Shown: positions 53,352-60,000 of the stretch, in pieces | How the letters are laid out: each line of letters begins with the position of its first letter | Numbering within the stretch: position 1 is the first letter of the stretch | NCBI RefSeq assembly: GCF_018977255.1 | Contig: NW_024704742.1 | Span: 106,580,001-106,640,000 of the forward strand | DNA length: 60,000 nt | Source of the DNA: Callorhinchus milii | Taxonomy: Eukaryota | Direction: 5' to 3' | Translations under genes and position numbers: made by a program | The notes under the pieces: model-generated | Told to the model about the DNA's origin: nothing | The model's database searches: none | What the model saw: the letters and a program-made list of their open reading frames with translations, nothing else

Positions 53352-53483
53352 CTGGTATTCCTGGAGCTGAAGTTGAGACAATCGGTCACTTGTATTGTGC
53401 CATAGAGATGAGAGACTGCCCAAGCTCCAGGATCCTGGTTTGAGGATTTTGAAGAACCTTGCTTTGATTCCTTCCTGCACCAT
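53352..53483 (-). CDS. CIB1-like gene, coding exon 1 (start uncertain)
   Basis: Ends NTSDRLSQLQLQEYQ|GTAACA, matching CIB1 exon 1 (SRLSKELLAEYQ); in-frame ATG at 53483, out-of-frame ATG at 53403. Confidence 0.75.
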
Positions 53484-53731
53484 CTTTCTAGGCTGAGCTA
53501 TCTGTCAAAACCATAGACAAATAAACCCTGAGAGCAGCAGGAGGTACGTTTATCTACGACACGGCAGTGGTGAACACCACTACTCCACGACTGGAGATAG
53601 CTCTCCGTGGTGAACAGCTGAAACAGCAGTAGCGATGGCTGAGACGAGAAAACTATCTTCTGGAATGTGGATTTTAATTTAAAGAGTTTTTGTTTAAAAC
53701 TTCTGTTGCTAAGTTGCGGTTGAGTGCTCTT

Positions 53732-53747
53732 GTGACGTCACTTCCTG
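53732..53747. promoter_or_regulatory. CRE palindrome overlapping an ETS-like core, candidate CIB1-like promoter
   Basis: GTGACGTCAC plus ACTTCCTG about 250 bp upstream of exon 1, beside a locally CpG-richer stretch (53545-53650). Confidence 0.45.
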
Positions 53748-55109
53748 CTATCCAAGGAAGCCTTTCAGGTTGTTCTTTGTGATGGGAAAACGTTCAATAC
53801 TTTACCCGGCCTCTGTGAAGGAGGCAAAGGATTTGATGAAAACTGCTTCACTCAGAGGAGGAATTAGGGCTTTCACCCAAGTGCTCGGGTTCTGTCCTAA
53901 TGCTAAGATATTAAACCGAGGCGCCTTTTGCCTGTCAGTTGGATGTTAAAGATCTCATGGCACTATTCAAAAATAAGGGCGTTTCTCCTGATGTCCAGGT
54001 CAACAATCCCCAATATAAAATTGGTCACTCACTCCATGGCTGTTTGTGGGACATTGCTGTGTGCAAAATTGTTGTCACATTTGCCTACAAATACACAGTC
54101 ACTACATCTTACTTATCTTATCCTGTGAAGCGCTTTGGGATGTCCTCCTGACATGAAAGGATTTGGTATAGCACCTTTCTCATTATATTTCTGATTATTA
54201 TTATTTATTATTATCTCAGTAGGAAAGCAGTAAATGACCCTTGAGTCACTAGACTTCAGGAAAACAAATCAGTGTGGGGTTTTTTTGTTACCTGGGTGCC
54301 TGACACATGAAAACCTCTTACCATGTTTAAGAGTATCCAAGCTAAACTGAGAATTTCACCTATATACACCTATTGCACATTGAAATTTCACTGACTGGGA
54401 TGAAATGCACAATCACCCTGGAGGGACTCACCCTCTTACCTAATTCCAGAGAGTATTAGGCACAAGTTGGCAAGAGTCAAGGCTTGAGGCCTTCAGAGAG
54501 TGCATCAGTGTATTGCTGGAGTTAAACCAGAAAACTGCATAACCTACAGTTTGGAAGCACTGTCTGGGAAGCTTCCACTTCTTGTTTAGAGGTTTGGCTT
54601 GCGGGGTTAATACGAGCCGAGTGGGAAGATTCCCTTCCCCCGATACCTCCCCCCACCCCCAAACCTGCTGATGAGCCAAGTTGGCTGGTCTGTCATCAGC
54701 AGTGCCCTGGAGTACCGCGGACCTGCCGGCTAAGGAAATGAACTACAGAGACCCCATAGAGGATTGGCTCCTGTTCCTCATTATTTGTGTATTTCGATGT
54801 TAAGTAAGGAACAGGTCAACCTCAGCAATGAAGCTCTCCCACTGTTTCCCATGGTCACCTTGCCAACCAACACTGCCTAGGCTCACACATATTAAAGTAT
54901 GGAAACTTGAGTGAGTACTGCAGAGTTGCCATTGGTGCAAATGATCCCACAACATAACTGAGCATCTTCAGGAAAGATAATTAAAAGGATAAAAGAATAC
55001 TTTTAAAAAAAACGTTTCTTTCATGTTAGAGAAAACTTCCTTGTACATTATTACATTTACTACATAATTACATCATTAATATTATGAAAATCTTACATTA
55101 TAGTTATGT

Positions 55110-55447
55110 AGGCCTGTAGTGTAGTGTTTAGAGCACTTACCTTGCAAATGAGAGTACCTGGGTTTGATTCCCAGGTGGGGCAAAACTTCAGGCAAGTTTC
55201 CTTATTCCACACGCCTCTGTTTACCTAGCAATAAGTAGGAACCTGATAGTTAGTTGATTGGCAGATCACTTTCTGGGGATAAATAATCCCTTACAACTGT
55301 TTGTGGGACACTGCTGTGCGTAATTGGCTGTCACGTTTCGCCCACAAAATATACATTCCATTCACTTTACAGTATATTCTGTGAAGCGCTTTGAGATGTC
55401 TCAACAACATGAAAAGGCACTAAATCAAATGAAAGGATTATTATTAT
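55110..55447 (+). mobile_element. tRNA-derived SINE, variant with CORE-like segment
   Basis: Head, then ggcaagtttccttattccacacgcctctgtttacctagcaataagtagg, then common tail. Confidence 0.85.
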
Positions 55448-58400
55448 GACAATCGCAAAGAGCTTTGGCCAAAGACCTCCTTTGAAAGCTTCTGTTAAAA
55501 TCTGAGTGTAATACGTTCAGACACTGACCTTTCCTGGCCCTTACTCTGGCCCAAGGGGTATATTTCATGTGAAACTTTGATCTTGTTTCAAAAGAAACTC
55601 ACTCAAGAATAATGTTTTTTTCCAAAATGTTTCGAAAACATTTGGATGAAAGTAGAATAGTCAGATGCATCACCAATATAACTTGCTCCATTTGCTATAT
55701 TTCTAGTGTAGCTCTTAAAGAAGTCCTTAAAGAACAAAGTATCCTAGTTCCAGGGTGAAACACAGGTAGAGCACTCATAGTTTTATGGGATTAGGCCTGA
55801 TAATCAGCTTCACGGAATTAGAGGCAAAAATAGTAACAGTAAGTGGAGCAAGCAAAGGGACAAACAAAAATGCACTGATAGTGCTCCTGTTCATAGAACC
55901 TAGCCTCTCTAAATAATAGGCTGTGTTTCCTTTAAGGCATTTGCTTTTGGAATTAAATGGAGTGAAACAAGGAAAGGACAACTTCTGAACTATCCCTGGT
56001 TCCAAATTTGCAAGGATCTTCCTGGCTGTGATGTGTAGGTGGACTACAGACATTAAAGTTGCTGTGTTCAGAAACAGTCTGTGGTACATCAAGGTAAGAC
56101 TTGTCACAAGTTCCACAGTATTATATTGGACAAGATATTACTGTTTACAGGAATGTTTTGAGAAATGTAAATGATGTGATATAATGGGGTAATAAAAATG
56201 TGCCATATGATATAATAATTATCATCAGTGAAATTATCACATCATATTTTGCATTTATCATTTCCAAAATGCTTTACTTTCCAGACAATTTTTTTGGTGC
56301 AAGGTTAGAAACCTTTTTATTTAACAACAATAATAATAATAAATTGGTCACTCAATCCACGACTGTTTGTGGGACACTGCTGTGTATAATTGGCTGCTGC
56401 GTTTACCACAAATATATACAGTCAATTCACTTTACAATTGTTCTGTGAAGCACTTTGAGAAGTCTCAAGTACGAGATAAGGCACTATATCAAGTACCAGG
56501 ATTATTATTATTTCTACAGTTTACTTTTTCTCTCTTCTCCACGAGCCCCAAAACAGCTCTTTCGAGAAAGTGGGAGGGGTTGACCGGGGCTCAGTCCATT
56601 TGCAAAGAGAGCTCAAAAAAAATTGCTTCAATCCGGTCATAAGGAAATGTGCCTGTGTTGTCTCATGAGTATGTGGATCATGGGAGTGGGGCTCTGATCC
56701 ACCTCTCCATGGATTTAACCTGTTGCAGCAACTCACTGCACAGAGAGACCTCTGAATGAAGGTCATTTATTAAAAATGCCAAAATTCATCAGAGACGTTT
56801 TGAGAATCTCCTCTCAGTGATGATCCTTTAGAGCAAACTTTAAATATTTAGTACGTGTCGTGTAATTTTATTTTGGTTTCTAAAATGCTTTAGATTAGAA
56901 GCTAGTATATAACAATTTGTTGTTAATCCTATTAAACTCAGACCTGGGTATGATTTTAAAGGTATACATTACAGTACATTGTAGGTCTGAGCCTGCAGCT
57001 TGCCATTATGTGAGTTTATTGTGCTGGTAAGCAAAGCCTGGCAGCTTTGTTCAGTTGGCTGGATTAGCACTAGCACCTCTGGGTCAGAAGGTTCAAGCCC
57101 CGTGTTATGACTTGGAACTCACAGTCTAGGCTGAAATAATAATTCTAATATTTGCCATAGCACCTTTCGTGTGGTGGGAGGGCTCTCAAAGAGCTTCCTA
57201 CATATACTGTAAAGTGTGTTGTCTGTGTATTTTGCAGGCAAATACAGCAGCCAATTTGCACACATGAGCCCCTCATTCACAATGACGTTTGAGGGATTGT
57301 TGATCAGGACACTGGGAGATACTTCTTTTCCTTTTAATGTCTACCTAAACAGGGAGACTGCACCTTGGCACCTCCAATAATGAAACAAACTCACAGCACG
57401 GTATTGGAATGTCATCCTAGTCTATAGGAGTTCCTAGTCCTGACCTAGGAAAGCTGAGCCAGTTCAGCCTCCCCAAGTAACCCCGGCTGAAGTCAGTAAA
57501 CTCAGTATGGACTCGGATGCAAACTAACAAGATCATCCATCAGATTCTCAGGCTGCAATTTTCAAAATAAAATTGAATTGAAGCATTTTACACAATTTGG
57601 CACTATCATACATTTTAAGAGAAAATGGTCCTACAGGGTTAAACAAGGTGTAATTTGGGGCCCTGAGTGAGGAATCCATCTGGTAACCTGAAAGTCACAT
57701 TGCCCTGACCTGTGGGAACTCCGCTCCGAAAATAGATCACATGAGAGCGAAGTTCCTTTGAGGTCTTGTCAATAATCACGACAGATAGAACCTCAAATGT
57801 AACAAAGATTTGGAAACGTTGATCATTTTTTATTTGTAGTGTGCGGCCATTGAATCTAGATCAAAAATATATGTTAAGAATTGATAGTATATACCGTAGG
57901 AATTGATATCACTGAATCAAACTCTTATTGATGTCTATTTAGTCTTTCAGGTTTTGAACGTTAAGATATTTGGGAAGCCATTGACATATTAGGAAGTTAT
58001 TACCTGCACTGAAGATGACCCGGAAAAGGAGGAGAAATAGTAAAAAAAAGAAATATCCCTGTAACAGAGAGGGTAAGTTTACTGAGTGCTGCACTTACAG
58101 ATCTGAGCTCATTCATTAGCTGAAAATACTATTAATGATATTGAAATAAGGTGATAAGTTTAACCTTTAATGTGTCAATTATAACGTTGTTAATGAATGT
58201 GGTTAGTTCAAAGCTGAGGACTGGATGTGTGTATGACACTCCCCCTTTACCCCATCCCCTCCCACCAACTCTATTCCAATAGTTGGGCCCAAACCTCATC
58301 CAGGCCTCCTTTGGAATCCCCAGTTTGCAGAATACTAAGACAACCTGATAAGGCAACTACTAACCCGATACCCCAAATTTCTCCTAGTCTTAGTCTGCTA

Positions 58401-60000
58401 AAATTTAAGATTACACAGAGTTGGAATTTGAAAGACAAAATGGTTCACTGCAATTTTTCAAAGTGTTCTTAAATTTGAAGCCAAAGTGGTCTCACAGGCT
58501 AAGACCAGGTGGAATTTCAGGCCTCTAGAAGGGAAACAGTGTGCTTAGCTTACTTGCTGTTGAGGGTTTACTACTTTTCATCAAGCTCGTATAAGCATTA
58601 CCTCTAATCTTCACTTCGCTTCAGATTGAACAAGCCTTGAGGTCGATTTAGTACATGGAATCAATGTATGTTGAATGTGTTTTTTTCAAAGCCTCTTTAA
58701 ATAATTGATCAAACTGAGCATCGAGGGCAGCAGAGCACTGAATGTACGTGTGTCAAGAAACTTATGCACCAAGAGTGTAAAGCCCTGGTTACTGAGAGGG
58801 TCTGACTCTACATTCATGCATCTGACACTAACTACATTAATCAGACCATTTTTACATAATCTTCTTCATCCTACTCTGTGCCAACTGTGCCAGAATCTGA
58901 TTAGCCTGAGGTTATAACTATAAGCCAAGAGCTAAGAATAATGTGGCTCAGGGGGTGACAAAGTGCTCACAGTTTTCATCCTCACTGTCCAAATATGGAG
59001 ATTTTAAAATGAGAATAAGAATGATAAAGCAAATATATTCGTCAAACAATGGATCAGGTGCAGGAGGCAGAATGATTATGTAGCACTTTGCTTCAGCTTA
59101 GATGAAACAATAGAGTAATTCTGGGTAATAAAATTGGCCACAGGTAATAAGACTAACTCAGCAACTGAACTTGATGGTCCAGTTACTGTGATAACCCAGA
59201 CAATGTGATGGTCGAGACACCATGATGACCCAGTCACTGTTTTTAACTCAACAGTTGAGCAGTGGTTCCTACATATTGACTCACTAACTCACTTACGAGA
59301 TTGTTGCTCTGTTATACTATTCTGCCTTTACAGAGCTGTGTGACCCGAAGGCTAAGATGTGTCCTAATCATAGTAATTTGTTCCTGCATTTGTGTGGACC
59401 CCCACCATGCGACAAAGCTACTCAGAATGATTCATATCACAACACTAACAGCTTCCTGACTGAAATAACAAATTATTTTTACAGTCAAGTTGTAATAAGA
59501 AAACACAAGCATTAGACAGATACAACAGGGCACACCTTTAATACAACTGAACAACAATAAAATGTCTTTGTTGGTTAAATCACTCTTGTATTTGAATGCT
59601 TCTTTCTTCAAGCTCAGACCCTTAGATCCAATGATTGCTTTCTGATTCAGTGAGTTCAGCTTCATTAGTAAATTTTCCCCTTTCCCTCAGTGAGGATTTA
59701 CCGAATTAGCAATTCACAGCTGTTCACATAACAACTTTGTATGAACTTGAAAGAGGCCTTGGGTCAACCATTTACAGCTGACAGCCAATCAGTTTGATGG
59801 TCAGTGCTTAAATAATTGAAGCCTGCAATTTCTCTTGGTCTTACCCTTCAGATCATTGCCTTAAACTTTAAGATCATGTGAGAATTTTAGAAATGTCTTA
59901 AATTCAGTCCTAATTTTAAACCATATTTTCTGTTGTTCTAGTAAAGAATTTTCAAATTAAGAAGGGGTATAGGAGAAGGAATTAGGAGTATAAATATCAG

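Overview
Vertebrate nuclear DNA. The repeat content (tRNA-headed SINEs with L2-type tails, L2 and CR1 LINEs) suggests a cartilaginous fish, possibly a holocephalan; this is inference. Three spliced protein-coding genes can be built by hand. (1) NUDT12 on + (6 coding exons, 1369-12596, 452 aa). (2) A divergent CIB1-like EF-hand gene on - (7 coding exons, 53483-17508), converging tail-to-tail with NUDT12 and largely invisible in the ORF track. Its ancestral-looking start codon is 1 nt out of frame. (3) An intact two-exon gene nested in intron 2 of the CIB1-like gene on the same strand (49264-48427, 243 aa). It encodes a basic N-terminus plus a stand-alone P2X7-ballast/nanor/KolX-type Cys-rich domain, with no channel or transposase visible nearby. 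The rest is mostly retroelements, with several nested insertions. It also holds a Ginger2/TDD-type DNA transposon remnant (TIRs, TATA TSD, transposase C-terminus) and two MITE-like inverted repeats. Repeat boundaries are approximate; exon boundaries were counted directly.
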